A stretch of 64,000 nt of DNA from Promethearchaeati archaeon SRVP18_Atabeyarchaeia-1 (GTDB lineage Archaea; Asgardarchaeota; Atabeyarchaeia; Atabeyarchaeales; Atabeyarchaeaceae), in assembly GCA_037308085.1 (NCBI GenBank), contig CP147779.1, positions 480,001-544,000 on the forward strand, read 5' to 3'. The position numbers and the translations under genes are program-made. This document shows positions 39,373 through 51,803 of the stretch, piece by piece (position 1 is the first letter of the stretch; each line of letters begins with the position of its first letter). The notes below the pieces were generated by a model that was not told the DNA's origin, did no database searches, and was given only the letters and a program-made list of their open reading frames with translations.

Positions 39373-39589
39373 GGGCCCGTAGCTCAGTCAGGTAGAAGGA
39401 AGAAATGAGTACCTACCTATAGCGCCGGACTCTTAGAGGAACTGTTTCCCCTTAGAGGGTGAGGCTTTTAGACGCCAGCTGATTGCCTAGAGATTAAGCC
39501 ATCGAAGAGCAGCGTAAGGAAACCCGGTGGCCGGGGGTTCGATAGCGAGTTGTTTGATGGACAAGCCGAGATTCCCCTCGGGCCCGCCA
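39373..39589 (+). tRNA. tRNA-Lys(TTT) with four introns (39396-39420, 39429-39463, 39471-39521, 39544-39572)
   Basis: Four BHB motifs (AGGT/ACCT, CGCC/GGTG, CTTT/AAGG, TTCG/CGAG); mature arm CCGGG-CTTTTAA-CCCGG; GGGCCCG/CGGGCCC+GCCA. Confidence 0.9.
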
Positions 39590-39649
39590 CATTTGCATGA
39601 GCTGAACCGCCGTTGTGCTATGTCCGAATCGAGACGGAGGCGTGACCGC

Positions 39650-39895
39650 GTGTCTGTAGACGAGACGAAGAAGATTCTTGATCACGAAATGGTTCCCAGG
39701 CACCAAATTCTGACGGAAGAGGAGAAAGAGGCGCTACTCAAGAAGTACAATATCAAGGCTGAATGGCTTCCTCTGATTAAGTCCTCTGACGCTGCTGTGC
39801 GTGCTATAGGTGGCAAGGCGGGGAACATAATTAAGATAATGAGGAGAAGCGCTACAGCAGGCGAGCATGCCATTTTCTATAGATATGTCGTATAG
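39650..39895 (+). CDS. rpoH: RNA polymerase subunit H (Rpo5)
   Basis: HEMVPRH, LPLIKSSD, RRSATAG, YRYV. Confidence 0.95.
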   Translation: MSVDETKKILDHEMVPRHQILTEEEKEALLKKYNIKAEWLPLIKSSDAAVRAIGGKAGNIIKIMRRSATAGEHAIFYRYVV

Positions 39896-39931
39896 GGTTA
39901 GCGCCAGCAATGCGAGGAGGTTTCGCGTCTA

Positions 39932-42900
39932 TTGAGCAAGGAGTTTCTCGATCCATGGGTTGTCATGCAGGCTTTTATCGACGAAGGTATTCTTGCGAGC
40001 CAACACCTGGACTCGTATAACGACTTCGTTGAGAACAGGCTTCAGCAGATCGTTGATGAAGTCGGGAAGATAGAGCCAGATATTGAGGGGTACTACATAA
40101 AGCTCGGCAAGATCGAGATTGGAATGCCGACGGTCAAGGAAGCTGACGGCTCCACGAAGGAAATACATCCCATGGAGGCGCGAATACGAAACCTAACCTA
40201 TTCGGCTCCGATCTACCTTGAGATGACTCTAGTCCATAAGGATGAGAGGACAGGTATTGAGGTTGAGGACAAGCCTTCCAAGGAGTACATCGGTAGGCTC
40301 CCGATAATGTTGAAGTCCGTGAAGTGCCCCCTGTCCAAGATGTATGCTGAGGAACTGATTAAGATCGGGGAAGACCCAAATGACCCTGGAGGCTATTTCA
40401 TCGTCAACGGCTCAGAAAGAGTTATTGTGATCCAGGAGGATCTAGCCTCAAACAGGATTCTAATTGAAGAGGGCTCTGCTGGAGCGTACTCCCATATCGC
40501 GAAGGTCTTCTCGACCTCCCGAGGATTCAGAGCCCCCGTTACTCTTGAGAGAAGGCGCGAAGGATCCCTTCGCCTTTCTTTCCCTTCCGTTCCAGGTAAA
40601 ATCCCTCTGGCCATATTGATGCGGGCGTTGGGGTTGGTGACTGACAAGCAGATCAGTGAAGCCGTTTCGGACGATCCCGACGTTGTCCGTGAGCTCATTC
40701 CGACGCTTCACGAAGCCGATGTCGTTGTCGACCAAAGCGCAGCCTTGGACTACATTGGGCGCAGAGTCGCAGTAGGGCAGACCATCGAGTATCGGCAGAA
40801 GCGAGCTGAACAGGTTCTTGACAAGTATCTTCTCCCTCACATAGGAACGAGCTCAAATGACCGGCTAAAGAAGACCTACTACCTAGGGCAGATGGCTGAG
40901 AGGTTAATTGAGCTTTCACTCCACAAACGTGAGGCCGACGACAAGGACCATTATGCCAACAAGAGGCTGAAACTGGCTGGGGATCTCCTCGTCAGCCTAT
41001 TCAGAGTCGCTTTCCTCAACTTGTGCAGAGACATTAAGTACCAAATTGAGAGAAATGCGATTCGCGGTCGTGTTCCAAGCATCCACACGGCTGTAAGGGC
41101 AGATGTCATAACTGAGAGGCTTCGGCACGCCCTCGCCACAGGAAACTGGGTCGGCGGGAAGGCCGGAGTGAGCCAACTCCTTGACCGCAACAACTACCTT
41201 TCATCATTAAGTCACCTTAGAAGAATAATATCTCCCTTAAGTCGAAGCCAACCCCACTTCGAGGCAAGGGACCTCCACCCCACACACTGGGGCAGAGTGT
41301 GCCCCAGCGAAACCCCAGAGGGCCCGAACTGTGTGGCGCCGGAGACGCTGGTTACGCTTTCAGGAGGTGCCGTCTGCCGCATCGACAACCTGGAGAAGGA
41401 TGAGGTTTGGCGTAGCACTAGTCTGATGTCTTCGACTTGGGATGTGACGGATCGGCCAAGTGTGAACGCTATCCACCCACTGGTGGCGCGGTTCATAAAG
41501 AATAGGACCAGTGAAGCGACATCGAGGTTGTATCGTATTACAACTGACACAGGACGTTCTATACTTGCGACACCAGAACATCCATTCTATACTGATCAAG
41601 GTCGCATTGACGCAAAGCTTCTTGGGCCCGGGATGAGAGTTGCAGTCCTTCCAGCGGCAACCGAGCGTCCTGATTGGAGTGCACAAGTCACAGACGGTGA
41701 GGCTCTCCTCGACGAAAAAGCAATATTGGCATCGTGCCCACCCTACTCGCATAAAGAGACCCATGTCAACTTCCTGAAGCAATTAGGTCTGATACCGCTG
41801 CGGAGGACGAATCCGCACTACCGCATCTTGCTTCGCCTACTGGGATTCTTGTTCGGTGATGGTCACATGTCGATGAGGATCCGCGCTGGATCGTCTGGAA
41901 AGCCAAAATCTGACGTCTCCGTTCATTTCATAGGTAGACCTGAAGACCTCAATGATATCCGCAATGACCTTGCTATCATCGGATTCAGGACTTCTGAGAT
42001 AACAACATCAGAATGCACATCAGTGCTACCTGATCGGATTATACATGGCTTTACTCATCAAACCATTTGCTACCAGATGCCATTTTGGATCCTCATGAGA
42101 GCCTTGGGCGCGCCAGCCGGTGACAAGGTGACACAAGCATTCTCCGTTCCCACGTGGATCCACAACTCATCAAATGCTGAGGTTCGTGAATTCTTGGCGG
42201 CCTTGTTTGGATGCGAGATGCTCAAACCTCTCGTAGACAAAAGGACAGGAAAGACTTTTGTCGCCCCGATGTTCAAGATGGCGAAGGAACTCTCGCTATT
42301 GGATTCATTGAATCGCTTCTTCGAAGACATTCGGCGACTATCTGAGAGATTCGGGATCAAGTTCCCTGAGAAAGCCGTCGTTCCGAAGGAGATTTTCACA
42401 CGAAAAGATGGCATGATTACAAAGAAGTTGCAACTGAATTTCAGCGGCACTGATCAAAGTCTAGCTCTGCTATGGGGTAAGATCGGCTACACTTATAGCA
42501 AGAGGAAAGAATGCCTTGCACAACGAGGATTCGGCTATATTCGAAGCAGATCTATTGATGCGGCTGCCCGGCGGAAGATAGCGGAGCATGTAATGAAAAG
42601 ACAAGAGTATTTGCGAGGGACTCCCACCGAAAAAGCAAAGTCAATACTCAACGAACTGGAGCTAAAAGGAGCAAATGATGGGATTCGGTTGCACGACATC
42701 GTCAACTGGCTCAAGAAGCGCGCTGACCCCACTAGAGTTCGCGCCTCTGCGCTTGACACCCCGACATTCGACCAATGGATCTCAAGAGCCTGCAGAGGAC
42801 TGGACGGTAATGCAGGTCTGGTTTGGGAGAGAATAGAGGCGACACATGAAGAACAAGCCAGATCCGTCCCCGCAGTGGAAGATGTGACGATGGCTGATGA

Positions 42901-44884
42901 AAACCATAATTTCTTTGCAAACGGATTCCTAACTGGGAACTGCGGCTTGGTCAAAAACCTTGCTTTAATGGCTTACATCTCTGTCGGTATTGATGATAGT
43001 CAGGTCGCGGCTAAGTTATTCGATCTTGGGGTCGCATCGATCGAGGCTACTAGGAAGGAGGGCGCGAAGAAAGGCGCTAAGATCTTTCTTAATGGCCGTC
43101 TGGTCGGCTATCACAAGGATCCAGTCAGGTTCAGGACGCAGCTGGTTGCCCTCCGGCGCAGAGGCGAGATCAGCAACGAGGTGAATGCTGCATACTACGC
43201 TGATGCGGAAGAGGTTCAGATCAACTGTGACGCGGGCAGGGTTCGACGTCCCCTCTTCATTGTGGAGAATGGCCGGCCGAAGCTCACTCTTGAACACATA
43301 GAGAAACTGCGTAACCGCGAGTGGAGATTCGGCGATCTCGTGAGAAGTGCGATCATCGAGTATCTCGATGCCGAGGAGGAGGAGAATGCTTACGTCGCGA
43401 TTGGACCGGAGTCGTTGACATCTGAGCATAACTACATGGAGCTTGCCGCTTCATCTGTCCTAGGTATTTGCGCCTCAGTTATCCCGTATCCTCAACATAA
43501 TCAGTCACCTAGGAATACTTACGAGGCGGGAATGGCTAAGCAGGCGCTGGGGCTTTTCAGTGCAAACTACAGGCTTAGGGTTGATACTCGCTCTCATGTA
43601 CTCCACTACCTCCAGATGTCTTTGGTCAAGACGAAGGCTATGGACGCGATCAAGTACATAAAGCGCCCAGCTGGGCAGAACTTCGTCGTGGCTATACTAT
43701 CCTTGTCCGGGTACAACATGGAAGATGCCCTGATAATGAATAAATCCTCTGTAGAGAGAGGGCTATCCCGTTCAACCTTCTTCCGTTGCTATGAAGCTGA
43801 GGAAAGAAAATACCCTGGCGGCCAGGAAGATAGGTTTGAGATTCCAGACAAAACCGTGAGAGGATATCGCGCAGCAGAGGTTTACCGGCATCTGGGCGAA
43901 GATGGCATAATTGAGCCAGAGACCGATGTCACAGGTGGAGACGTCCTTATCGGAAGAACAAGTCCTCCCCGCTTCCTAGAGGAATACACCGAGTTTGAGG
44001 TGCCAAGTCCTACTAGGAGAGAGACCTCCACTAATCTCAGGTATGGTGAAGCCGGCACTGTTGACACGGTCATCCTTGGTGAGACGGTCGAAGGAAATCG
44101 CCTGGTTAAAGTGAAAGTCCGCGACTCAAGAGTGCCTGAGCTTGGAGACAAATTCGCTTCACGCCACGGTCAGAAAGGCATTCTAGGTCTGCTTGTCCCC
44201 CACGAAGACATGCCCTTCACCGAGGACGGAATCGTACCTGACCTTGTTATCAACCCTCACGCGATACCATCAAGAATGACCATAGGCCAACTGATAGAAT
44301 CAATCGCTGGGAAGGTTGGTTCACTGTCCGGGCGGTATGTTGATGGGACAGCGTTCTCAGGCGAGAAGGTTCCAGCCCTTTACCAAGAGCTACACAAATT
44401 GGGCTTTAAGTACAATGGCAAAGAAGTAATGTATAATGGCATAACTGGCGAGAAGTACGACGTTGACATATTCATAGGTGTAGTGTACTATCAGAAACTC
44501 CATCATATGGTTGCTGACAAACTGCACGCCCGGGCGAGGGGCCCTGTTCAAATACTGACCAGGCAGCCGACAGAAGGGCGCGCCAGAGAAGGAGGCCTCA
44601 GGTTTGGGGAGATGGAGAGAGACTGCCTGATAGGACACGGGGCAACACTTCTCTTGAAGGAGCGGTTGCTTGAGGAATCTGATAAGTGCGTCGTCCTGAT
44701 ATGCGAGAATTGCGGTATGCTTGCAGCGTACGATCGAAGCCGGGACAGATACTACTGCAGAGTATGCGGAGATAAGGGCAGGATCTCGAGGGTTGAAATG
44801 TCCTACGCATTCAAGCTACTGCTTCAGGAACTTGTAAGTCTGGGCATAGCTCCGAGGTTGCTCCTCAAAGAGCGTGCATCATAG
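39932..44884 (+). CDS. rpoB: RNA polymerase subunit B (unsplit Rpo2) with intein
   Basis: [15 protein letters not shown]|[29 protein letters not shown]. Confidence 0.97.
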   Translation: MSKEFLDPWVVMQAFIDEGILASQHLDSYNDFVENRLQQIVDEVGKIEPDIEGYYIKLGKIEIGMPTVKEADGSTKEIHPMEARIRNLTYSAPIYLEMTLVHKDERTGIEVEDKPSKEYIGRLPIMLKSVKCPLSKMYAEELIKIGEDPNDPGGYFIVNGSERVIVIQEDLASNRILIEEGSAGAYSHIAKVFSTSRGFRAPVTLERRREGSLRLSFPSVPGKIPLAILMRALGLVTDKQISEAVSDDPDVVRELIPTLHEADVVVDQSAALDYIGRRVAVGQTIEYRQKRAEQVLDKYLLPHIGTSSNDRLKKTYYLGQMAERLIELSLHKREADDKDHYANKRLKLAGDLLVSLFRVAFLNLCRDIKYQIERNAIRGRVPSIHTAVRADVITERLRHALATGNWVGGKAGVSQLLDRNNYLSSLSHLRRIISPLSRSQPHFEARDLHPTHWGRVCPSETPEGPNCVAPETLVTLSGGAVCRIDNLEKDEVWRSTSLMSSTWDVTDRPSVNAIHPLVARFIKNRTSEATSRLYRITTDTGRSILATPEHPFYTDQGRIDAKLLGPGMRVAVLPAATERPDWSAQVTDGEALLDEKAILASCPPYSHKETHVNFLKQLGLIPLRRTNPHYRILLRLLGFLFGDGHMSMRIRAGSSGKPKSDVSVHFIGRPEDLNDIRNDLAIIGFRTSEITTSECTSVLPDRIIHGFTHQTICYQMPFWILMRALGAPAGDKVTQAFSVPTWIHNSSNAEVREFLAALFGCEMLKPLVDKRTGKTFVAPMFKMAKELSLLDSLNRFFEDIRRLSERFGIKFPEKAVVPKEIFTRKDGMITKKLQLNFSGTDQSLALLWGKIGYTYSKRKECLAQRGFGYIRSRSIDAAARRKIAEHVMKRQEYLRGTPTEKAKSILNELELKGANDGIRLHDIVNWLKKRADPTRVRASALDTPTFDQWISRACRGLDGNAGLVWERIEATHEEQARSVPAVEDVTMADENHNFFANGFLTGNCGLVKNLALMAYISVGIDDSQVAAKLFDLGVASIEATRKEGAKKGAKIFLNGRLVGYHKDPVRFRTQLVALRRRGEISNEVNAAYYADAEEVQINCDAGRVRRPLFIVENGRPKLTLEHIEKLRNREWRFGDLVRSAIIEYLDAEEEENAYVAIGPESLTSEHNYMELAASSVLGICASVIPYPQHNQSPRNTYEAGMAKQALGLFSANYRLRVDTRSHVLHYLQMSLVKTKAMDAIKYIKRPAGQNFVVAILSLSGYNMEDALIMNKSSVERGLSRSTFFRCYEAEERKYPGGQEDRFEIPDKTVRGYRAAEVYRHLGEDGIIEPETDVTGGDVLIGRTSPPRFLEEYTEFEVPSPTRRETSTNLRYGEAGTVDTVILGETVEGNRLVKVKVRDSRVPELGDKFASRHGQKGILGLLVPHEDMPFTEDGIVPDLVINPHAIPSRMTIGQLIESIAGKVGSLSGRYVDGTAFSGEKVPALYQELHKLGFKYNGKEVMYNGITGEKYDVDIFIGVVYYQKLHHMVADKLHARARGPVQILTRQPTEGRAREGGLRFGEMERDCLIGHGATLLLKERLLEESDKCVVLICENCGMLAAYDRSRDRYYCRVCGDKGRISRVEMSYAFKLLLQELVSLGIAPRLLLKERAS
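41330..42940 (+). mobile_element. Intein (537 aa) with LAGLIDADG-type endonuclease in rpoB
   Basis: Starts CVAPET, block [26 protein letters not shown], ends [12 protein letters not shown]|C. Confidence 0.95.
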
Positions 44885-44904
44885 AGCGGAGGTGTATCTA
44901 CGCC

Positions 44905-47900
44905 TTGTCATCGCGCGTTCCAAAGATCATTGAGAAGATCAGATTTGGATTCTTGTCACCAGACGAGATCAGAAAACTCTCAGTAACTAGGATAATTACG
45001 GCCGACACATATGATGAGGATGGGTTGCCAATAGACTCAGGCCTAATGGACTCCAGACTCGGCACGGTTGAGCCTGGGAGAAGATGCAAGACTTGCGGTA
45101 ACCGCGTGGGAGACTGCCCAGGGCACTTCGGTCACATCGAGCTAGCGAGGCCAGTAATACATGTTGGATTCAACAAGTTGATCTACAAAGCATTGAGGGT
45201 GACCTGTAGGAAGTGCAGCAGGGTTCTGCTCAAAGACGAGGAGCTGGAGAAGTTCAAGAAGGAAATGGAGTCATGGGAGAAAACCTGGAACACGCTAAGC
45301 GAAGATATTACCGATGAGGTTGTGAAGCGCGCTATCCGTGTGGCTGAGTGTCCCCATTGTCAAGAGGCCCAACGCAAGATAGGCTTCGAGAAGCCCACCT
45401 CCTATACTGAGGAGACTGAAGCGGGACCAGTGAGGCTCACCCCGAGCGACATTAGAGACAGGCTGGAGCGAATTCCAGATGAAGACGAAAAGCTGTTGGG
45501 CATCAATCCGAAGCATGCCAGACTTGAATGGACGGTTCTGACTGTCCTCCCAGTCCCTCCGATAACTGTCCGTCCATCAATCACGCTGGAGTCCGGCGTG
45601 AGGTCCGAAGATGATTTGACGCACAAGCTGGTGGATGTTGCAAGAATAAACCAGAGGCTTAAGGAGAACATTGATGCCGGTGCCCCGCAACTCATCGTTG
45701 AAGATTTGTGGGAGCTACTGCAGTATCACGTGATAACCTATTTTGATAATGAAGTATCGGGTATACCGCCCGCGCGGCACAGGTCCGGACGGGCGCTGAG
45801 AACCTTGGCTCAGCGCCTCAAAGGCAAAGAAGGTCGATTTAGGAGCAACCTCTCGGGGAAGCGCGTTGACTTCTCAGCCAGAACAGTCATCTCTCCAGAT
45901 CCAAACATCAGCATCAATGAAGTAGGCGTGCCTTACGATGTGGCCAAGATCCTCACCATCCCAGAAAGGATAACTAATTGGAACATCGAAGAGGAGAAGC
46001 GCCTAGTCAGAAACGGTCCAGACAAGCACCCAGGCGCGAACTACGTGATCCGCCTAGACGGCAGAAGAGTGGATCTGAGGTTTGTAAAGGATCTCGACTC
46101 AATTGCAGATACCATCGAACCAGGATTCATAGTGGAACGCCACCTCAAAGAAGGCGACACCGTTCTATTCAACAGGCAACCATCACTTCACAGAATGTCC
46201 ATCATGGCCCATGAAGTTCGAGTCATGCCGTTCAAGACTTTTAGGCTGAACCTCTGCGTCTGCCTATCTGGAGACACCGAACTGTACACCGATCTCGGCA
46301 GAGTTCCTATTGCTGGGCTTGCCAGAGACAACCTTGACTGCGCGCCGCTTTCCTGCGACTGGCAGAAGAACAAGGAAGCGTACTTCTCTGGAATAGCCAG
46401 TCTTCACGTCGTTGATCCCAAGAGGCTAGGCCTGAAGTCGTACCAGATCACAACCGAGAACGGGCGAGTCATAAGAGCCACAGCGGAACATCCATTCTAC
46501 ACTATGCGCGGAATTGTCAAGGCGGGAGAATTGAAATGCGAAGACTCGGTAGTAGTCTATCCAATTGAAATCCCGCTTGCAGGTGGATGCCCTGACATTC
46601 TCACTCAAGAACAAATCATAAATGCCTTACCCGACCACACTTACACGCGCTATACAGTGACTCAACTCAATGCCATGGGTCTCACCGATGTATCAGCCGA
46701 CTCAGGCAAACAAATCCGGCTTGCCAGCCTTGTTGGGCATCTGTTTGGAGATGGCACTCTCCTTATTGGAGAAGAAGGTGGCCGCGTTGTTTTCCGCGCC
46801 GCAGATATGAAGGACATTCGCAGTCTCTGGGAGACTGCCCAAAGCCTCAATCTTAGCCCGACGGCCATCGAAGAATCCAAGCCAGGGGAGTTCAATATTA
46901 CTCGTGCTGATGGCAAGATACTAAAACCGCGAGGCAAGACGTACATCTTCGAAGTTAGGCGGAAACCCGTTGCGGTAGCTTTCAAGGCATTGGGCGTGCC
47001 TGAGGGCGATAAGGTAGCTCAGGAGTACAGGGTTCCGAAATGGCTGAACGATGCTCCAAAAATGGCTAGACGCGCTTTCCTTAGGGCATATTTCGGGTGC
47101 GAACTCTCTACACCCCGCCTTCACACTAGCTCAGGTTCCAAGTTTAACCAGCCTGTTTTCAAGATTACTAAGGTCGAGGGTTTGTCTGTTGAGCTCTTCT
47201 TGCAGGATATTCAAGCATTACTAGACGATTTTGGCGTTCATTTATCTTCAATTACATCGGAAGACGGCAACCTAAGGAAAGAGGGTAGGAAATCCATTAC
47301 CTATGTCTGTAACTTCGCCGACAACGATGACAACCTCTTAGCTCTTTTCAAAAGAATTGGCTATGAGTTTGATCACAAGAAAGAGGAACTTGCTCGGCTT
47401 GCAAGTGAATACATAACAGCCAAGAATAGAGCCAAAGCTAAGGCATCTGCGCACCTCGAAACGGCGCTTGCCCTCAGAAAGCAAGGACTTACCTATGAAG
47501 CCATTGCCAAAGCGATTGGTCATTATTCATGGGCCACTGTTGCCTCTTGGCTGTGGAACGACCGTACAGCTGCAGGATTGCCAGCCAATTTCCCTGATTT
47601 CTACACTTGGAGAAAGTCTGCGGCAAAAGGGCTGAAACAGGGTTTCGCGTGGGACAGGATAACCAACATTGAGGAAATCGAACTACAACGCGCGTATGAT
47701 ATCACGACTACCGATAGTAACCACAACTTTGTTGCCGCAGAGTTCCTCACGAAAAATTGCCCGCCGTATAACGCTGATTTTGATGGGGACGAGATGAATT
47801 TGCATGTTCCTCAGAGTGAGGAGGCGCGTGCTGAGGCGAAGATTCTGATGCGTGTGCAGGAGCAGATTCTCTCACCTAGGTATGGTGGACCAATTATCGG

Positions 47901-49059
47901 TGGGATACAGGACTACATATCGGCTGCGTATTTGCTTACCAAGAGAGGGACCTATCTGACGCGGAAAGAGGTCAGCTCTCTCGCTCTGGCGGGAGGAATA
48001 AAGGAAGAACTCCCTGATCCTGAGACGAAGGACCCGGCTAGGTGGAGCGGCAAACAGATAATTAGCACGCTCCTTCCTAAGGACATGAACTACACGTGGA
48101 AGGCTAAGATATGCCACAAGTGCGATGAATGCAAGAAGGAAGATTGTGATTATGACGCGTACTGCGTCGTCAAGGATGGGAAGTTGGTGTCCGGCGTATT
48201 CGACAAGAACGCGTTCGGTGCAGGGGTTCCTGAAAGTATCTTTCACTCAATAGTGAAAAACTATGGTAGCGACGCAGCCAGGGTTTTTCTCGACTCCATC
48301 ACGAGGCTCCTTCTTTCTTTCATAACACTCAAGGGCTTCACAATGGGCATAGACGATGTCGAACTTAAAGAGGAAGCTGTGAACAGGATTAGAGAGATCT
48401 TGGACGAGGGGCAACGCAAAGTCGATCAGCTGATCGGGATCTACAAGAGAAGCGAGATGGAAACCCTCCCAGGTCGCACTCTTGAAGAAACCCTCGAGAT
48501 GAGAATAATGCAGGAACTCTCAGAAGCGAGAGACGGAGCAGGCGACATAGCCGACCAGTACCTTGGTATGAAAAATCACGCCGTAATCATGGCCAGAAGT
48601 GGAGCCAGAGGAGATAGGCTCAACCTAGCCCAGATGGCAGCCTGCGTCGGGCAACAATCAGTTCGAGGAGCGCGCATAATGAGGGGGTACCAGGACCGAA
48701 GCCTTTCGCACTTCAAATCAGGCGATCTCGGCTCCGAAGCTAGGGGGTTTGTCTCAAACTCCTATCGCTCCGGACTTACACCTATTGAGTTCTTTTTCCA
48801 TGCGATGGGAGGAAGGGAAGGACTCGTCGATACGGCAGTTCGCACTTCAACGAGTGGCTACATGCAGCGTCGTCTGATCAACGCTCTACAGGACATCAAG
48901 GTGGAGTACGACGGCACAGTTAGAACTTCGGTGGGCCGGATAGTCCAGTTTCAGTATGGCGAGGATGGAGTTGACCCGTCCAAGAGTTATCATGGACACG
49001 CGGTGGACATAGACGCGATACTGAAAAGAAATCTTGGCGAGAAATTCAAGAAGCGGTGA
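44905..49059 (+). CDS. rpoA1: RNA polymerase subunit A' (Rpo1N) with intein
   Basis: CPGHFGH, NLSGKRVD, NRQPSLH, PYNADFDGDEMN. Confidence 0.97.
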   Translation: MSSRVPKIIEKIRFGFLSPDEIRKLSVTRIITADTYDEDGLPIDSGLMDSRLGTVEPGRRCKTCGNRVGDCPGHFGHIELARPVIHVGFNKLIYKALRVTCRKCSRVLLKDEELEKFKKEMESWEKTWNTLSEDITDEVVKRAIRVAECPHCQEAQRKIGFEKPTSYTEETEAGPVRLTPSDIRDRLERIPDEDEKLLGINPKHARLEWTVLTVLPVPPITVRPSITLESGVRSEDDLTHKLVDVARINQRLKENIDAGAPQLIVEDLWELLQYHVITYFDNEVSGIPPARHRSGRALRTLAQRLKGKEGRFRSNLSGKRVDFSARTVISPDPNISINEVGVPYDVAKILTIPERITNWNIEEEKRLVRNGPDKHPGANYVIRLDGRRVDLRFVKDLDSIADTIEPGFIVERHLKEGDTVLFNRQPSLHRMSIMAHEVRVMPFKTFRLNLCVCLSGDTELYTDLGRVPIAGLARDNLDCAPLSCDWQKNKEAYFSGIASLHVVDPKRLGLKSYQITTENGRVIRATAEHPFYTMRGIVKAGELKCEDSVVVYPIEIPLAGGCPDILTQEQIINALPDHTYTRYTVTQLNAMGLTDVSADSGKQIRLASLVGHLFGDGTLLIGEEGGRVVFRAADMKDIRSLWETAQSLNLSPTAIEESKPGEFNITRADGKILKPRGKTYIFEVRRKPVAVAFKALGVPEGDKVAQEYRVPKWLNDAPKMARRAFLRAYFGCELSTPRLHTSSGSKFNQPVFKITKVEGLSVELFLQDIQALLDDFGVHLSSITSEDGNLRKEGRKSITYVCNFADNDDNLLALFKRIGYEFDHKKEELARLASEYITAKNRAKAKASAHLETALALRKQGLTYEAIAKAIGHYSWATVASWLWNDRTAAGLPANFPDFYTWRKSAAKGLKQGFAWDRITNIEEIELQRAYDITTTDSNHNFVAAEFLTKNCPPYNADFDGDEMNLHVPQSEEARAEAKILMRVQEQILSPRYGGPIIGGIQDYISAAYLLTKRGTYLTRKEVSSLALAGGIKEELPDPETKDPARWSGKQIISTLLPKDMNYTWKAKICHKCDECKKEDCDYDAYCVVKDGKLVSGVFDKNAFGAGVPESIFHSIVKNYGSDAARVFLDSITRLLLSFITLKGFTMGIDDVELKEEAVNRIREILDEGQRKVDQLIGIYKRSEMETLPGRTLEETLEMRIMQELSEARDGAGDIADQYLGMKNHAVIMARSGARGDRLNLAQMAACVGQQSVRGARIMRGYQDRSLSHFKSGDLGSEARGFVSNSYRSGLTPIEFFFHAMGGREGLVDTAVRTSTSGYMQRRLINALQDIKVEYDGTVRTSVGRIVQFQYGEDGVDPSKSYHGHAVDIDAILKRNLGEKFKKR
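46261..47757 (+). mobile_element. Intein (499 aa) with LAGLIDADG-type endonuclease in rpoA1
   Basis: Starts CLSGDT, ATAEHPF, LVGHLFGDG, FLRAYFGCE, ends HNFVAAEFLTKN|C just before the catalytic NADFDGD. Confidence 0.95.
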
Positions 49060-50256
<1,197 letters not shown>

Positions 50257-50319
50257 CTGACCCATCCCAGCGCCGATCTCAACAGATAATTCATCCTATG
50301 AGAATGGAAGTGTGATGAA

Positions 50320-50679
50320 ATGCCGCGAAGTAGTAGAGAAGAGAGTACTGAGAGCCTAGATAAACAGGACATATCGAAATCCATACGGATTGCAGTCAAG
50401 ACGGGGGTAGTCGTTATCGGATTTGAGAGCACACTCAAGGCGATCAAGAAAGGAAAAGCCAGGCTTGTCATAGTGGCGAGGAATCCCGACGAAGATCTCA
50501 GAAAGCAGATCGAGTACTACAGTGGGCTGTCTCAGATACCAGTGTACGAATTCAAATCTTCATCATGGGATCTTGGGTCGACTTGTGGCAAGCCCTTCAT
50601 GATTTCGGCTATGGCCATCCAGGAACCCGGGGATTCCAACATTATTCAAATAGCAGCTGGAGGACGCAGGAATGAATAG
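50320..50679 (+). CDS. rpl30e: Ribosomal protein eL30
   Basis: AVKTG, IEYYS.LS.IP, LGSTCGKPF. Confidence 0.95.
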   Translation: MPRSSREESTESLDKQDISKSIRIAVKTGVVVIGFESTLKAIKKGKARLVIVARNPDEDLRKQIEYYSGLSQIPVYEFKSSSWDLGSTCGKPFMISAMAIQEPGDSNIIQIAAGGRRNE

Positions 50680-51109
50680 TGGAGTTAAACTAACGACAGA
50701 CGAGATTCAGTACATAAGGCTGTTCGAGGGAGTCACAGGAGCGGTCGCCAAGGATGTTGTAGTCGATGAGAAGAGCAACAGAGTGATATTTGTAATAAAG
50801 GCTGGCGACATCGGGTTGGCCATAGGAAGGAAAGGCTCTAATGTGAAGCGGGTCGAAGATCAATTGCGCAAGGAAGTTGAGATCGTCGAATATTCAGAAT
50901 CAGCAGAGGATTTTGTGAAGAACACTCTCGCTCCGGCGCACATAAAATCAGTAAAGGTAACCGAGAGGAAGGAAGGGCATAGAGCTGCGATAGTCACGGT
51001 GGAACCGAAGGATCGTGGATTAGCAATAGGGAAGAATGGTAAGAATGTCGCACGAGCGAGGCTTCTCGTTAACAGGCACTTTGGCATAAACGATGTTGTA
51101 ATAACCTAA
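50672..51109 (+). CDS. nusA: Archaeal NusA
   Basis: Two KH motifs AIGRKG and AIGKNG; operon position. Confidence 0.95.
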   Translation: MNSGVKLTTDEIQYIRLFEGVTGAVAKDVVVDEKSNRVIFVIKAGDIGLAIGRKGSNVKRVEDQLRKEVEIVEYSESAEDFVKNTLAPAHIKSVKVTERKEGHRAAIVTVEPKDRGLAIGKNGKNVARARLLVNRHFGINDVVIT

Positions 51110-51190
51110 GCAATCCGGATTTAGGCTGAAGAAAGATAAATAAAGGATTCGCGGTTAATGAATGCAACGGATATTCCTAGCTTTTGTGTG

Positions 51191-51766
51191 GTGACTGATT
51201 TGTCCGAAATAAAGCTCTTTGGTCGCTGGAGCTACAAAGACATAAAAGTCAATGATGTTGGTCTCAAGAGATACATCTCGCTTCGCCCAGTATACGCGCC
51301 ACATACTGAAGGTCGTCACGAACACAGGAAATTCCACAAATCAGACGTTCCTATAGTTGAACGCCTGGTGAACCGTCTCATGAAGACAGGCAAGAATACC
51401 GGGAAGAAGCATCTGGCAACCAATATTGTTAAGGCGGCATTTGAGATCATCGAGCTCAAAACTCACGAGAACCCAATCAAGATTCTGGTTCAGGCAATAG
51501 AGAATGCGTCACCGAGAGAGGAAACAACAAGGATCAGCTACGGCGGCATTGTGTATCACCAGTCCGTTGATGTTGCGCCACAGCGCCGAATTGACATAGC
51601 AATAAGATTGATCATGGAAGGGACATGGTCTGCCTCCTTCAAGAATCCGAAGACGATAGAGGAATGCTTAGCTGACGAGATCATAGGGGCTGCCACGAAA
51701 GCTCCGAAGTCTTATGCTATGTCGAAGAAGGACGAAAAAGAGCGTATAGCCTTCTCGGCTAGATAG
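51191..51766 (+). CDS. rps7: Ribosomal protein uS7
   Basis: KLFGRW, IVERLVN, PREETTRI..GG, ERIAFSAR. Confidence 0.96.
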   Translation: MTDLSEIKLFGRWSYKDIKVNDVGLKRYISLRPVYAPHTEGRHEHRKFHKSDVPIVERLVNRLMKTGKNTGKKHLATNIVKAAFEIIELKTHENPIKILVQAIENASPREETTRISYGGIVYHQSVDVAPQRRIDIAIRLIMEGTWSASFKNPKTIEECLADEIIGAATKAPKSYAMSKKDEKERIAFSAR

Positions 51767-51803
51767 GGACTCGACTGGCTCCTCCCCCAACTTTGCTGTT
51801 TCT

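Noticed and set aside
39425-39436. Calling the tRNA as Lys(CTT)
   Set aside because: It gives an A31-C39 mismatch and a poor BHB; the four-intron TTT parse has good BHB motifs and a perfect anticodon stem.
39527-39649. N-terminal extension of rpoH
   Set aside because: It overlaps tRNA-Lys; GGAGG precedes GTG at 39650.
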